Below, piece by piece: positions 53,432-63,353 of a DNA stretch of 64,000 nt; the stretch's first letter is position 1; the number at the start of each line of letters is the position of its first letter. The stretch is taken from the NCBI GenBank assembly GCA_963769425.1, contig CAVYLP010000003.1, positions 64,001 through 128,000 on the forward strand. Reading direction: 5' to 3'. A program made the translations under genes and the position numbers. Source of the stretch: Candidatus Bathyarchaeota archaeon (GTDB taxonomy: Archaea > Thermoproteota > Bathyarchaeia > TCS64). Under the pieces are notes generated by a model that saw only the letters and a list, made by a program, of their open reading frames with translations, did not search any database and had not been told where the DNA came from.

Positions 53432-54292
53432 ATGTCATCGAGACCGCAAATAGCTTATACTATAGATCATTATGGGCTTCGCCTCGATCTGGCCGTTGTT
53501 GACCTTAGTAGCCTAAGCGTCCACGAGGAGACGATGCAGGGACACACCGAGGAGTTGAAGAGAGGAATTCTCGAGCGGGGCTCCCTCGGAACACCCATCT
53601 TCGTCGACAGGGCTACAAACATCGTCTTAGATGGTATGCACCGCGTCAGGACCCTCGGGGAGCTCGGATGCTGCTTCGCCCTCGTCTGCTTCGTCGACTA
53701 CTCGGATCCGAGGATAACGCTGGGGCGCTGGTGCAGAACTATACCGAAGCCATTCAGCAGACTCGACGCCGAAAGAGTGGTCATTAGCCTCGGTGCATCT
53801 CTCAGACCAGCGAAAGGGGTTAACCCCACCCAGAGTAGCAATTTATTACTAGCCTTTGGGGACGGTACCTTCCAAGTAGAATACCCTGAAAAAGACGTAA
53901 TGTCAGTCTACCGCCTCTCACATAAACTAGAACATGCACTCATAGGAGAAGGCTACGCTGTCGGTTACATGGGTGAGGACGACGCAACGCGTTACCTCGC
54001 TACAGGTGACTTCTCAGCTATCCTATGCCCCCCGGTGATCACGAAGCAGCAAGTCGTTGACGTGGTCCAGCGCGGCGAGGTGTTCCCCCCGAAATCCACT
54101 AGACACAGGATACCCGCGCGCCCACTAGGCGTGGATCTGGCCCTTGAAACATTAAAAGACGAGGGCAGAACATTGGATGAGATCAATATCAACCTCGGCG
54201 CAAAACTAAGGTCTTCTAGGATGAGACGGCTTCCCCCGGGGAGTACATATCGGGGAAAACGCTTCGAAGACACCCTATACATCTTCGAGTAG
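53432..54292 (+). CDS. ParB/Srx-fold protein, SerK-like (free serine kinase family)
   Basis: HEE, LDGMHR, DY..W, TKQQV...RGEVFPPKSTRH, co-linear with Thermococcus SerK as I recall it. Confidence 0.7.
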   Translation: MSSRPQIAYTIDHYGLRLDLAVVDLSSLSVHEETMQGHTEELKRGILERGSLGTPIFVDRATNIVLDGMHRVRTLGELGCCFALVCFVDYSDPRITLGRWCRTIPKPFSRLDAERVVISLGASLRPAKGVNPTQSSNLLLAFGDGTFQVEYPEKDVMSVYRLSHKLEHALIGEGYAVGYMGEDDATRYLATGDFSAILCPPVITKQQVVDVVQRGEVFPPKSTRHRIPARPLGVDLALETLKDEGRTLDEININLGAKLRSSRMRRLPPGSTYRGKRFEDTLYIFE

Positions 54293-54859
54293 CAGGTAGC
54301 GGTCCACGTCCTCCCTCTTGAACCCGGCCTCAACGAGTTTCTCCGCGACAGCTTCGCCCGTCAAGCCGGTGGACCTTATCTTCCCAGCTACCTCGAGGAG
54401 ACACTCCTTCAACTCCCAGGGGTAGACCACCCACTCATTCACACTCTCAGCGTAGTAGTCGGGGATGAATCGGCTCCAAGGCTTGATGTGGATGGTGGCA
54501 ATCCTGACCTCAGATGCCCCCTTCTCTCTAATATGCTCCCTCGCCTTGATTATCGAGGCCCCCGAGTCGGAGACGTCGTCCACAACTAGAGCCTTCCTTC
54601 CCTTAAGATCAGCGTTGACAGGGAGGACGACGATGGGCTCCGGCCGCTTGACCATGCCATCGTAGGCCTCGACCTGCACGCTGGCGAGCCTACGGATGCT
54701 CAGTTGGTCACAGAGTATCCTTGCTGGGTCAAATCCACCCCTACTTATAGCGACTATCATGTCTGGCTGGAAACCCGAGGCCTGTATCTTGCTAGCTACT
54801 ACCTCCACGAGCCTCTGGACGTCGTCCCAGGATAGGTGTAGGAATCGAAGGTTCTCCAT
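54275..54859 (-). CDS. Purine phosphoribosyltransferase
   Basis: AISRGG, LVVDDVSDSG, PDYY, WVVYPWE. Confidence 0.9.
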   Translation of the reverse strand: MENLRFLHLSWDDVQRLVEVVASKIQASGFQPDMIVAISRGGFDPARILCDQLSIRRLASVQVEAYDGMVKRPEPIVVLPVNADLKGRKALVVDDVSDSGASIIKAREHIREKGASEVRIATIHIKPWSRFIPDYYAESVNEWVVYPWELKECLLEVAGKIRSTGLTGEAVAEKLVEAGFKREDVDRYLLLEDV

Positions 54860-54961
54860 CGAGTTGCCTCTTTGAGGTGATGTATTGTAACTCTTTACGA
54901 CGAATATAAGGGAAACGCGCTTAAACTGCGCTTTATATCGGGGCAGCTACGATTCTGGATC

Positions 54962-55819
54962 ATGGTTCCAGGGAACGACCTTAGTGAGTGGGTTAGGAAG
55001 CTAGTCGAGGGTTTCATAGCCTCGCCTGAAAACTCTTTCAACGACGTCGGCGAGCCAGCCTGGGAAACGCCCCTCGTCGGTTTCTCAAGCGGTGCCGACC
55101 CACTCTACGACTTCTACAAGAAGGACATAGGAAGCTTCTATCTATCACCATTAGAGTTCTTCAGGAACGCCCACCCATCGGTTGAGGCGAAGCCCGAGGA
55201 GCTAACAGTCATCAGCTGGGTACTCCCTCAGACAAAAGCCACAAAATATGATCACAGGAAGGAGACGAAGATGCCCAGTGAGAGGTGGGCGCGTGCTAGG
55301 ATAATGGGTGAGGGCGTGAACGTGAAGCTCAGAAGATTCATAGTCAAAGAGCTGGGTGGGTTCGAGTACCCTTCGGTTGCCCCGATGCTCTCCCCCCTCT
55401 GGGGGCAACACATGTCGGAGAAGTACCTATTCGCCTCGTCCTGGTCTGAAAGACACGCCGCCTACGCCGCTGGGCTCGGTACATTCGGACTGAGCGACGG
55501 TCTAATCACCGCCAAGGGTAAAGCCCATAGGGTCGGCTCAGTAGTCGCAAAAATCCCCATACAGCCGACCACTCGCCCATATACAGACCACCACGCCTAC
55601 TGTCTCTGGTACGCTAAGGGAACCTGCGGCGCGTGCATTCAGAAATGCCCCGCCGGGGCCATCACCGAGAAGGGTCACGACAAGCAGAGATGTAGCGACT
55701 ACGTCGACACGACACATGCTTTCGTCGAGGAGCACTACCACTTTAAGGGGTACGGGTGCGGTTTCTGCCAAGTCGGTATACCCTGTGAAAGCAGAATACC
55801 CGAGGGCATCGACCTCTGA
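54962..55819 (+). CDS. QueG/reductive-dehalogenase-like 4Fe-4S protein
   Basis: WSERHAAYAAGLGTFG, CGACIQKCP, CGFCQ...PC. Confidence 0.75.
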   Translation: MVPGNDLSEWVRKLVEGFIASPENSFNDVGEPAWETPLVGFSSGADPLYDFYKKDIGSFYLSPLEFFRNAHPSVEAKPEELTVISWVLPQTKATKYDHRKETKMPSERWARARIMGEGVNVKLRRFIVKELGGFEYPSVAPMLSPLWGQHMSEKYLFASSWSERHAAYAAGLGTFGLSDGLITAKGKAHRVGSVVAKIPIQPTTRPYTDHHAYCLWYAKGTCGACIQKCPAGAITEKGHDKQRCSDYVDTTHAFVEEHYHFKGYGCGFCQVGIPCESRIPEGIDL

Positions 55820-55869
55820 GGGAAACAGATAAAGAGTCGCCTGACTAGTCTCCTCCAACTCCGGGTGAT

Positions 55870-56421
55870 GTGTTGGCCCGCGCTCTCTTCGTCGGTAGAT
55901 TCCAGCCCTTCCACTTCGGCCACCTACATGCGATCCAGACGATCCTCGATGAGGCCGAGGAACTCATCATCGTGATAGGTAGTGCCCAGATGAGCCACGA
56001 GCCCGATAACCCATTTACGGCCGGTGAGCGCATCGAGATGATACGAGCCGCCCTCAAGGAGGCTGGGGTGAAGAGGGAGAGGTATATGCTCATCCCCATC
56101 GCCGACGCCCCCAGCCATCGGACCTGGGTGAGTTACGTCGAGTCCCAGACCCCACGCTTTGCTGTGGTCTACTCGAATCAGGCCTTGACTCGTCGACTCC
56201 TCATAGAGGCGGGTTATGTTGTGAAGGAGATTCCCCTCCACAAGAGGAGCAAATTCGAGGCTACTGAGATTAGGCGACGCATTCTTAAGGGGGAGGACTG
56301 GGCGGACCTTGTCCCTACCTCAGTCCATAGGATAGTAGAGGAGATAGATGGCGAGAATCGGATACGCGACCTCGGTAAATCGGACTCCTTCCGCGTGCGT
56401 GAAGAGAACCAATCAGGTTAG
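55870..56421 (+). CDS. nadM: Nicotinamide-nucleotide adenylyltransferase
   Basis: GRFQPFHFGH, GSAQ, NPFTAGER. Confidence 0.9.
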   Translation: MLARALFVGRFQPFHFGHLHAIQTILDEAEELIIVIGSAQMSHEPDNPFTAGERIEMIRAALKEAGVKRERYMLIPIADAPSHRTWVSYVESQTPRFAVVYSNQALTRRLLIEAGYVVKEIPLHKRSKFEATEIRRRILKGEDWADLVPTSVHRIVEEIDGENRIRDLGKSDSFRVREENQSG

Positions 56422-56425
56422 CCAG

Positions 56426-57085
56426 ATGTACCTCAAACTTGACCCCGAACTAAGCTCCAAGTTCCCCGGACTATCAGCGAGACTAACCAACATCCACGGG
56501 GTGAAAATAGCTCCACGGAGCCCCGAGTTAGAAGTCTTCAAGAAGCAGGTCTTCGAAGAAGCCGCGGAGAAGTGGAATATCGATGAGCTTAAGGAAAACC
56601 CGGTCTTCCGAGCCTACAGGGACTTCTTCTGGAAGGTCAAGGTCGACCCAACGAAGACACGCCCAGCGGCGGAGGCTCTTCTCAGGAGGATTCTGCGGAG
56701 CAACCCACTACCCACGATCAACTCACTAGTCGATGCTTATAACGTCGCATCCGTCGCCACCAGTATACCCTTTGGTGCTTTCGACCTCGACAGGATGAGG
56801 GGCGAACCCATTATGAGGGAGGCGAGAGCCGGAGAGGAGTTCCTCGGTATCGGGATGGATGGGCCAATCACACTCGGAGGTGGAGAGGCCGTTATAGAGG
56901 ACGATGAGAGACTCATCGCCGTCTACCCCTACCGTGACGCCGACTATAGCAAAGTCACAACGTCCACGAGGAACCTCCTACTCATGACCTGCGGGGTCCC
57001 CGGGATCGGTGAAGATACCCTAACCCACGCTGAGGCGGTTTGCATAGGGTATATTAAGAGATTCTGCGGTGGTACCCCAGCTTAG
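56426..57085 (+). CDS. B3/B4 (PheT editing-like) domain protein
   Basis: AYRDFFW..DPTKTRPAAEALLRR, INSLVDAYN, D...YPYRD. Confidence 0.85.
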   Translation: MYLKLDPELSSKFPGLSARLTNIHGVKIAPRSPELEVFKKQVFEEAAEKWNIDELKENPVFRAYRDFFWKVKVDPTKTRPAAEALLRRILRSNPLPTINSLVDAYNVASVATSIPFGAFDLDRMRGEPIMREARAGEEFLGIGMDGPITLGGGEAVIEDDERLIAVYPYRDADYSKVTTSTRNLLLMTCGVPGIGEDTLTHAEAVCIGYIKRFCGGTPA

Positions 57086-58162
57086 GTGGGTCGCGTGCTA
57101 GAGGTTGACGGTTCACTGATGGAGGGGGGCGGCCAACTACTCCGTATGGCCACCACCTACAGTGCCATACTGGGTGAACCCATTAGGATCGTCAATGTTC
57201 GAGCCAAAAGGAACCAACCCGGGCTGAAGCCACAACATTTAGTGACCCTTAGAGCGGTGGCGGAGCTCTGCGCCGCCGAGACGAAGGGCCTCGAGGTGGG
57301 TAGTGGCGAGGTAGAGTTCAAGCCCGGTCGCCTAAGAAGCGGAAGTTACGATTTCGACATAGGTACCGCAGGGAGTTGCAGCCTTCTACTCCAGTGCGCG
57401 GCGCCCGTAGCCGCGTACGCAGATGGCCCAGTCAAGATCAGGATACGGGGTGGGACAGCGGTCCGTTGGTCTCCCCCGATGGCGATAGTGCAGTATGTTG
57501 TCTGGGTCGGGCTCAGGAAGATGGGTTTCTCTGGGGAGTTGAGGGTCCTCCGGGATGGATATTACCCGAAGGGGGGCGGTGTAGTCGAGGCAAACATCAA
57601 ACCTATACGAGGCTTTCAACCGATTAACGGCGAGGTAGCCGATGTCACGGGGGTGAGGGGGCTCTCCACCTGCGGCGGGCTCCCCAGACACGTGGCAGAG
57701 AGGCAAGCGGAGTCAGCTAAAAAAGTACTGCAAGAGGAGGGGTTGGAGGCTAGCATCGATGTGGCGACGCCCGGGAGGGCCACGGAGCCACTGTCGCCAG
57801 GTAGCGTTATTTGTCTCTGGGCGGAGGGGGATGCTCTCATCGGGGACGACGGGCTTGGGGAGCGTGGTAAGACCGCGGAAAAGGTGGGGGCCGAGGCGGC
57901 TCAGCGATTTGTTAACCAGGTTAAGACCGGTGCATACGTAGACCTTCACACAGCGGATAACCTAATACTTCCCTGCTCCCTCGCCTCGGGTAAGTCAAGT
58001 TTCACTGTCTCACGTCTGACCATGCACACCCTCACAGCAGTCGAAGTGGCGAAGATGGTTATTGGGGTCAGAATAGCTGTGGAGGGAGTTGAGGGGAAGC
58101 AGGGTAAGATAATCATAGAGGGACGGGGTACAGTGAACCCCCGTTACTCGGATCAGGTTTAA
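57086..58162 (+). CDS. rtcA: RNA 3'-terminal phosphate cyclase
   Basis: EGGGQLLR, PGL..QH, TAGS, GGT, GYYPKGGG, VDLHTAD. Confidence 0.9.
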   Translation: MGRVLEVDGSLMEGGGQLLRMATTYSAILGEPIRIVNVRAKRNQPGLKPQHLVTLRAVAELCAAETKGLEVGSGEVEFKPGRLRSGSYDFDIGTAGSCSLLLQCAAPVAAYADGPVKIRIRGGTAVRWSPPMAIVQYVVWVGLRKMGFSGELRVLRDGYYPKGGGVVEANIKPIRGFQPINGEVADVTGVRGLSTCGGLPRHVAERQAESAKKVLQEEGLEASIDVATPGRATEPLSPGSVICLWAEGDALIGDDGLGERGKTAEKVGAEAAQRFVNQVKTGAYVDLHTADNLILPCSLASGKSSFTVSRLTMHTLTAVEVAKMVIGVRIAVEGVEGKQGKIIIEGRGTVNPRYSDQV

Positions 58163-58166
58163 CCGC

Positions 58167-59498
58167 GTGGAGCCACGAGTCATTTCATCGGCTTTGGTTG
58201 TGCTCAGCTTCGACCGAGGGACTCTTCTGGTCGTGGACGACAAGGGTAAAACTACGAGGCACCGCGCTAGCGACTACTCTAAAGTTGTCAGAGAGCTTCG
58301 GGAGACTGGCCTTGAGTATAAGGACGACGCGCTCAGGTCACCGTTGACAGGGCAACTCACCTCCAAGTATGAGTCAAGGGATTATCAATCCGAGGCTGTT
58401 GAGAGCTGGGTCAAATCAGGGTATAGGGGAATAGTGGTACTCCCCACGGGTGCGGGTAAGACGGTGATGGCGATCAAGGCGATGGAGCGGCTTCAGGTCG
58501 CGACGCTCATCGTCGTCCCTACCATCGTGCTGATGGAGCAGTGGAGGGAGACGCTCGCAGAGGCATTCGGTTCCGAGGTGGGCGCCCTCGGAGGAGGCTC
58601 AAGAGATGTGAAGCCAATAACGGTCGCTACCTACGACTCCGCCTCCCTCAGAGCTCGCGAGATTGGTGATAGGTTCTCGTTAATAATCTTCGACGAGGTT
58701 CACCACCTTCCTGCTTCAAGTAACTCGCGAGCTGCTACTTGTTACCTTGCACCGTACCGGTTAGGGCTCACAGCTACGCTCGGGCGAGACGAGAATGTGA
58801 TCAGCGGCCTTGAGGAGCTTGTAGGAGGGCTCGTCTATGAGAAGGGGGTTGAGGAGCTTGCGGGTAAGCATCTAAGCGACTACACTGTGAAAACCATGAA
58901 TATTCCCCTCACCCCCGATGAGAAGGCGGAGTACGAGAGACAATTCGCCGTCTACAAGGGCTTCCTCCAGCGAAGGGGGATCAGGATCAGGAGCGCCCGT
59001 GATTATCTACTCTTCGTGAAGAGGAGCGGGGTGGACCCCGAGGCGCGGAGGGCGCTGATGGGTAGGAACGCGGCAATGGACATAGCGTTGAATAGCAGAA
59101 GCAAGGAGGAGTACCTCCGGGAGCTCCTCGCCGCGAACCCTAACGCGAAGACGATCATCTTCACCCGCCACAACAAGCTCGTCTACAGGATCAGCAGGAG
59201 CCTACTCATCCCCGCCATAACCCACCAGACGGTGAGGGAGGAGAGAGATGAGATACTTGACAGGTTCCGCAGCGGAGTCTACCGCAGGATAATCACGAGT
59301 CAGGTCCTAGACGAGGGAATAGATGTCCCCGACGCCTCTGTGGCCGTGATTCTGAGCGGTACAGGTAGTAGCCGAGAGTTCATACAGCGTCTCGGGAGAA
59401 TATTGAGGAAGAAGGAGGGAAAGCAGGCCACCCTTTACGAGCTCGTGAGTTTTGGTACCGCGGAGACCCGCATTAGCAGGAGGAGGAAGGAGGCTTGA
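58167..59498 (+). CDS. xpb: XPB/Rad25-family SF2 helicase
   Basis: PTGAGKT, DEVHH, LTAT, LDEGIDVP, QRLGRILR. Confidence 0.9.
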   Translation: MEPRVISSALVVLSFDRGTLLVVDDKGKTTRHRASDYSKVVRELRETGLEYKDDALRSPLTGQLTSKYESRDYQSEAVESWVKSGYRGIVVLPTGAGKTVMAIKAMERLQVATLIVVPTIVLMEQWRETLAEAFGSEVGALGGGSRDVKPITVATYDSASLRAREIGDRFSLIIFDEVHHLPASSNSRAATCYLAPYRLGLTATLGRDENVISGLEELVGGLVYEKGVEELAGKHLSDYTVKTMNIPLTPDEKAEYERQFAVYKGFLQRRGIRIRSARDYLLFVKRSGVDPEARRALMGRNAAMDIALNSRSKEEYLRELLAANPNAKTIIFTRHNKLVYRISRSLLIPAITHQTVREERDEILDRFRSGVYRRIITSQVLDEGIDVPDASVAVILSGTGSSREFIQRLGRILRKKEGKQATLYELVSFGTAETRISRRRKEA

Positions 59499-60649
59499 TT
59501 CTCCCACACGAACTCATCCGGGTGAGACGCACTAAGGCGGCGCTCACACCGCTCTTCGCCGACGATGAGAAGCTCGGCCTCGCCAAGACACTCATAGCAG
59601 TCTACATCGAAAACAAGGATAAGAAGAGGGCGGAACTCGGTGAGAACCTAGCAGCCTGTGAGGAGCTAGGCTACGACTTCAAGCTGGTTAGGGGCCTATC
59701 GGCGGTCCTTGACTCGCGCAGTATCTTCGGAGCCCGCTCATTCATCCCTCCACCGAAGGCTCGTAGGCTGCTCTTCGAGGAGGCGGCGAGGAGACCATCT
59801 ATCTCTGAGAGAGACCGCATGGAGATAATGGGGAAGGTTGCAGATGGTCTCGGCGTCGCCTTAGCTGACCTGGATGAGAGCCTTTATGCTGACCTTCTCG
59901 ACGAGCAGTTCCTAATAGACTTCAGGGAGCCCAAACCGGATGAGTTGCTCAGACTCTACAACTTCGCCCTAGTCTCGGTTGTACTCGCCTACTCCATACA
60001 CATAGCTGTTGGCTTCTCGGGAAAGAATGAGAGTCTCGAGAAGGCGGTGAAGAACCTGGGTGAACCAGATGTTAGGGTCGGCTCCATAAGCGTTGATCTG
60101 AAGCCCTCGAAGCAGGTTGGGCTCCGCGGGGGGAAGGTTGAGGCTCTTCTCGCCCGGCTCATCGAGTTAAAGGACTGGAGCCTGAAGGCTGACGTCGCGT
60201 ATCCCCCTCGCTACCACGAAACGAGGCCCCTTGAGTTGAATCGGAGAACACACGACGGGATACTCGAGGCGGAGCCAGTTGTGGAGGAGACGATCATCGA
60301 GATCAAGGCCCTCGCTAGGAAGAGCAGCTTCGGAGACATCATCGTCATCGACGACGTCGCTAACCGGTTTGGTCTGACAGATAAGGAGCTTCTGAGGAAG
60401 GTTGAGGCTGAGACGGTGAAGTATGTCCGGCTTCCAGGTGTCCTTGTGACCCCGGAGAAGTTGGAGGCGCTTCGCTCAGGTATTGGGGAGGTTGAGGGGA
60501 ATGACCTTGCATCCTACAAGGCCTTCCTTAAGGGGATGGGGTGTAAGAACCCGATCCCTGTTCTGGAGGCGCTGGGGTACTTCGTAGAGGTAGACCCTGA
60601 GACGCGTAAGCCTAAGGTTACTAGGCTCCACCGCGGAGCGTCAGGTTAA
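59495..60649 (+). CDS. Bax1/DUF790-family protein, apparently lacking the nuclease domain
   Basis: Overlaps xpb; N-terminal DFKLVRGL, LYADL, LLRLYN motifs; no PDF..E..GFWT-type motif visible. Confidence 0.7.
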   Translation: MILPHELIRVRRTKAALTPLFADDEKLGLAKTLIAVYIENKDKKRAELGENLAACEELGYDFKLVRGLSAVLDSRSIFGARSFIPPPKARRLLFEEAARRPSISERDRMEIMGKVADGLGVALADLDESLYADLLDEQFLIDFREPKPDELLRLYNFALVSVVLAYSIHIAVGFSGKNESLEKAVKNLGEPDVRVGSISVDLKPSKQVGLRGGKVEALLARLIELKDWSLKADVAYPPRYHETRPLELNRRTHDGILEAEPVVEETIIEIKALARKSSFGDIIVIDDVANRFGLTDKELLRKVEAETVKYVRLPGVLVTPEKLEALRSGIGEVEGNDLASYKAFLKGMGCKNPIPVLEALGYFVEVDPETRKPKVTRLHRGASG

Positions 60650-60686
60650 TATCGCTGCGGGATTAAGGGGGTTCGGAAGTGGCGAC

Positions 60687-61292
60687 ATGGGCTGGCAAGA
60701 TTATCAGGGCGCTACGACAATAGGCCTCATATGCAATGGCGGGGTTGTCCTCGCCTCGGAGAAGCGCGTCACCTGGGGTAACATGCTCACAAGCAGGGGC
60801 GGCATGAAGGTCTTCAAACTCAACGACAGGATAGGCCTCGCCTTCGCCGGCCTCATGAGCGACATGCAGGCGCTGACCCGCGAGGTCGCGGCCTACGCCA
60901 GCCTCTACGAGCTTGACAACAACAGGCCCATAGGGGTCAAGGCGATGGGTAAGCTCGTCGCTAACATGCTCTTCCAGAGGCGGATGTTCCCGCTCTTCAT
61001 GGAGACTCTGGTGGGGGGCGTAGACGAGGATGGTCCGGCCCTCTTCAGCATGGACCCGGTTGGTAGCCTAATCCCCGACCCATTCATAACCGCGGGGACG
61101 GGTGCGCCCATCGCTATGGGTGTCATCGAGGCGGAGTACAAGGATGGACTGAGTATGGAGGCGGGTGCCGAGTTGGCCATCAAGGCGATCAAGGCCGCCG
61201 TGGCGCGCGACATCGCGAGCGGCGACGGCATCGACATGCTCCTCATCACTAAGGATGGGACCGAGGAGCGCAGCATTAGTTTAAGGAAATAA
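60687..61292 (+). CDS. psmB: Proteasome beta subunit (Thr1 replaced by Ala)
   Basis: QG-ATTIG, VVLASEKR, AG..SD.Q, GGVD, GTG, RDIASGDG. Confidence 0.9.
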   Translation: MGWQDYQGATTIGLICNGGVVLASEKRVTWGNMLTSRGGMKVFKLNDRIGLAFAGLMSDMQALTREVAAYASLYELDNNRPIGVKAMGKLVANMLFQRRMFPLFMETLVGGVDEDGPALFSMDPVGSLIPDPFITAGTGAPIAMGVIEAEYKDGLSMEAGAELAIKAIKAAVARDIASGDGIDMLLITKDGTEERSISLRK

Positions 61293-61294
61293 GT

Positions 61295-61729
61295 TCAACT
61301 TTGCGATTCTTCTTCTAAAGGTTGAAAGGGTTTCGTCATTTCTATAGAAAGTCGTACGGCTTCGAGCGCTGCTTCAAGTCGGGCATCTGTTGGTTGTGTT
61401 GTGTCGTTTGCTAACTCTTGCGCATTCTTGATTGTTAGCATGTAGAATACGTAGGCGATTTTGTTTCGCGCAGTGATTGTGATAGGGAGGAGGGTGAGAA
61501 CGGTCGCTAGGTCGTCGTCTCGGCTTCTTAGCCTCTGGTGGTGGAGTCTGCGTATGGTTAGGGCAAGGAACTTTATCTCATACATGAATTGTTTTTCATT
61601 TTTGCGGATTCTGGTTTAGAGTAACATGTAAGTGGGGGGAGTCTTCACGACTTTACTTTACCTTCTACCCACTGGATGATCAGGGCACGCTCCTTCTCAG
61701 TGAAAATGTGAATTTGTTCAATTCTTCAT
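61295..61729 (-). pseudogene. Frameshifted longer member of the MRSYIFTE family
   Basis: Reading across indels gives IHIFTEKERALIIQWVEGKV..EDS..RIRKNEKQFMYEIKFLALTIRRL, which aligns with 23254..23514. Confidence 0.5.
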
Positions 61730-61873
61730 CAACGTTATGCCAGACTGATATCGTGGTTTTTCCCCTCGAAGTAACCGCTAGGCATAGTTACATGAATAAG
61801 ATTATCTTCTCGGTGAATATTCCCAAGTTTAATTGTTATATATAATTATTTTTGACTATAAATTATTAACTTT

Positions 61874-62629
61874 CTAAGCAGTTGCTCCGCCGTCAATTAC
61901 TAGCATAGCTCCGTTCATGAAGCTGGAGTCGTCGCTAGCAAGGAACAGGGCACCTTTCGCGATCTCCTCAGGTTTCCCAATTCTCTTCAGCGGTACCTCC
62001 TGCTCGAGGTATCTGCGCCTCGCAACGGGGTCCTGAGCCCTATTGATACCGAGTTCGAGCATGGGAGTGAGGGTGACACCGGGGCAGAGGCAGTTTACGC
62101 GTATGTTCCTGTCGCCAAACTCGAGGGCGAGGGCGCGTGTTATCTGGACGACTCCCCCCTTTGCGGCGCAGTAGGCGGCGTAGTTGCGAGCGCCGCTTAT
62201 CCCGATCTCGGAGGCTGTGTTGACTATCACTCCCCCGCCCTGCCTGAGCATCTCGGGGATGGCGTGCCTACACCCGAGGTAGACGCTTTTCAGGTCGATG
62301 GCGAGGACCCTGTCCCAGTCCTCCTCCGTGGTTTCTAGGAAGGGGCGGTACATGCCTATCCCCGCGTCGTTGTAGAGGACGTCGAGTTTGCCGTATTCGC
62401 CGACGGCGAGCTTGACCGCTTTATCCCAGTCCCTCGACTTGGATACGTCGGCCTTGATAGAGACGGCGTCAGCGCCTCTATCGCGCGCCTGCTTCGCCGT
62501 GTTCTCAACCTCCCCGTCAATGTCGAAGAGTGTGAGCTTTGCGCCCTCCTCGGCGAAGAGCAGTGATGCAGCCCTGCCGATCCCAGACGCAGCCCCTGTG
62601 ATCAGAACCGATTTACCCTCTAGTTTCAT
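61874..62629 (-). CDS. Short-chain dehydrogenase/reductase
   Basis: TGAASGIG, YCAAK, NCLCPG. Confidence 0.9.
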   Translation of the reverse strand: MKLEGKSVLITGAASGIGRAASLLFAEEGAKLTLFDIDGEVENTAKQARDRGADAVSIKADVSKSRDWDKAVKLAVGEYGKLDVLYNDAGIGMYRPFLETTEEDWDRVLAIDLKSVYLGCRHAIPEMLRQGGGVIVNTASEIGISGARNYAAYCAAKGGVVQITRALALEFGDRNIRVNCLCPGVTLTPMLELGINRAQDPVARRRYLEQEVPLKRIGKPEEIAKGALFLASDDSSFMNGAMLVIDGGATA

Positions 62630-62687
62630 GGGTGATACGCCGCCGCGGGTGCTTTATCTGATTTGTTCCCGCCGGATCGCTGAGTGG

Positions 62688-63271
62688 TCACAGAGTTAAT
62701 GGAAGGTCATAGGAACCGTGGGCGAGGTAGATCCTATTCACCTTCATGGCGCGGAACCGTTGCCAGTCGTTTGCAGGCTTCTGATCCCTCCGGGGAACCG
62801 TTCGGCGGGGGCAGGTCGCCAGTGAATGCGATGCCCTCGTCGAGGACGAGCGTGACGTGGTCCTCGCCGTGCCCCGGCGTGGCGATTACCTCGCCGTCGA
62901 TGCCCAGCCACCTCAGGAATGCCCTGCTGTCGCTGAGCCTCAGCAGAATATTGTCCTCGTCCTTGATCTTGTTGTAGATCATCGGAGGCCTGATGAACCT
63001 AGCTTGGTCGTTGAGGTGCGTCCTCTGGTTCTCCATGACGATGAGCCTAGCGCCCTTGTCCTTCAGCTCCTGGGCGATAGCGCCGTGGTCCATGTGGTAG
63101 TGCGTCGCGAGGACATGGGTCACGTCCTTTATCGTGTAACCAACGTTCGTCAGGCTAGCCTTAAGCTCCTGCATCCCGCCGGGCCAGCCTACGTTGATTA
63201 GCAGCTTGGCCTCTCTCGGTGACGAGGAGGTAGCAGTTGACCGACCTGTACCCCACGTTGAGTATCTTCAT
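62688..63271 (-). CDS. Metallo-beta-lactamase-fold hydrolase, +1 indels near 63210 and 62770
   Basis: NCYLL, THYHMDH, TPGH, FTGD; corrected C-terminus IYLAHG. Confidence 0.75.
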
Positions 63272-63353
63272 CTGAACCCCGTCACCGTTGCTAATCATCT
63301 GAGATTGTGCTGAAAAAGGCTTTTAACTTCGGCGAGAGTTTGAAGGGGCGTTA

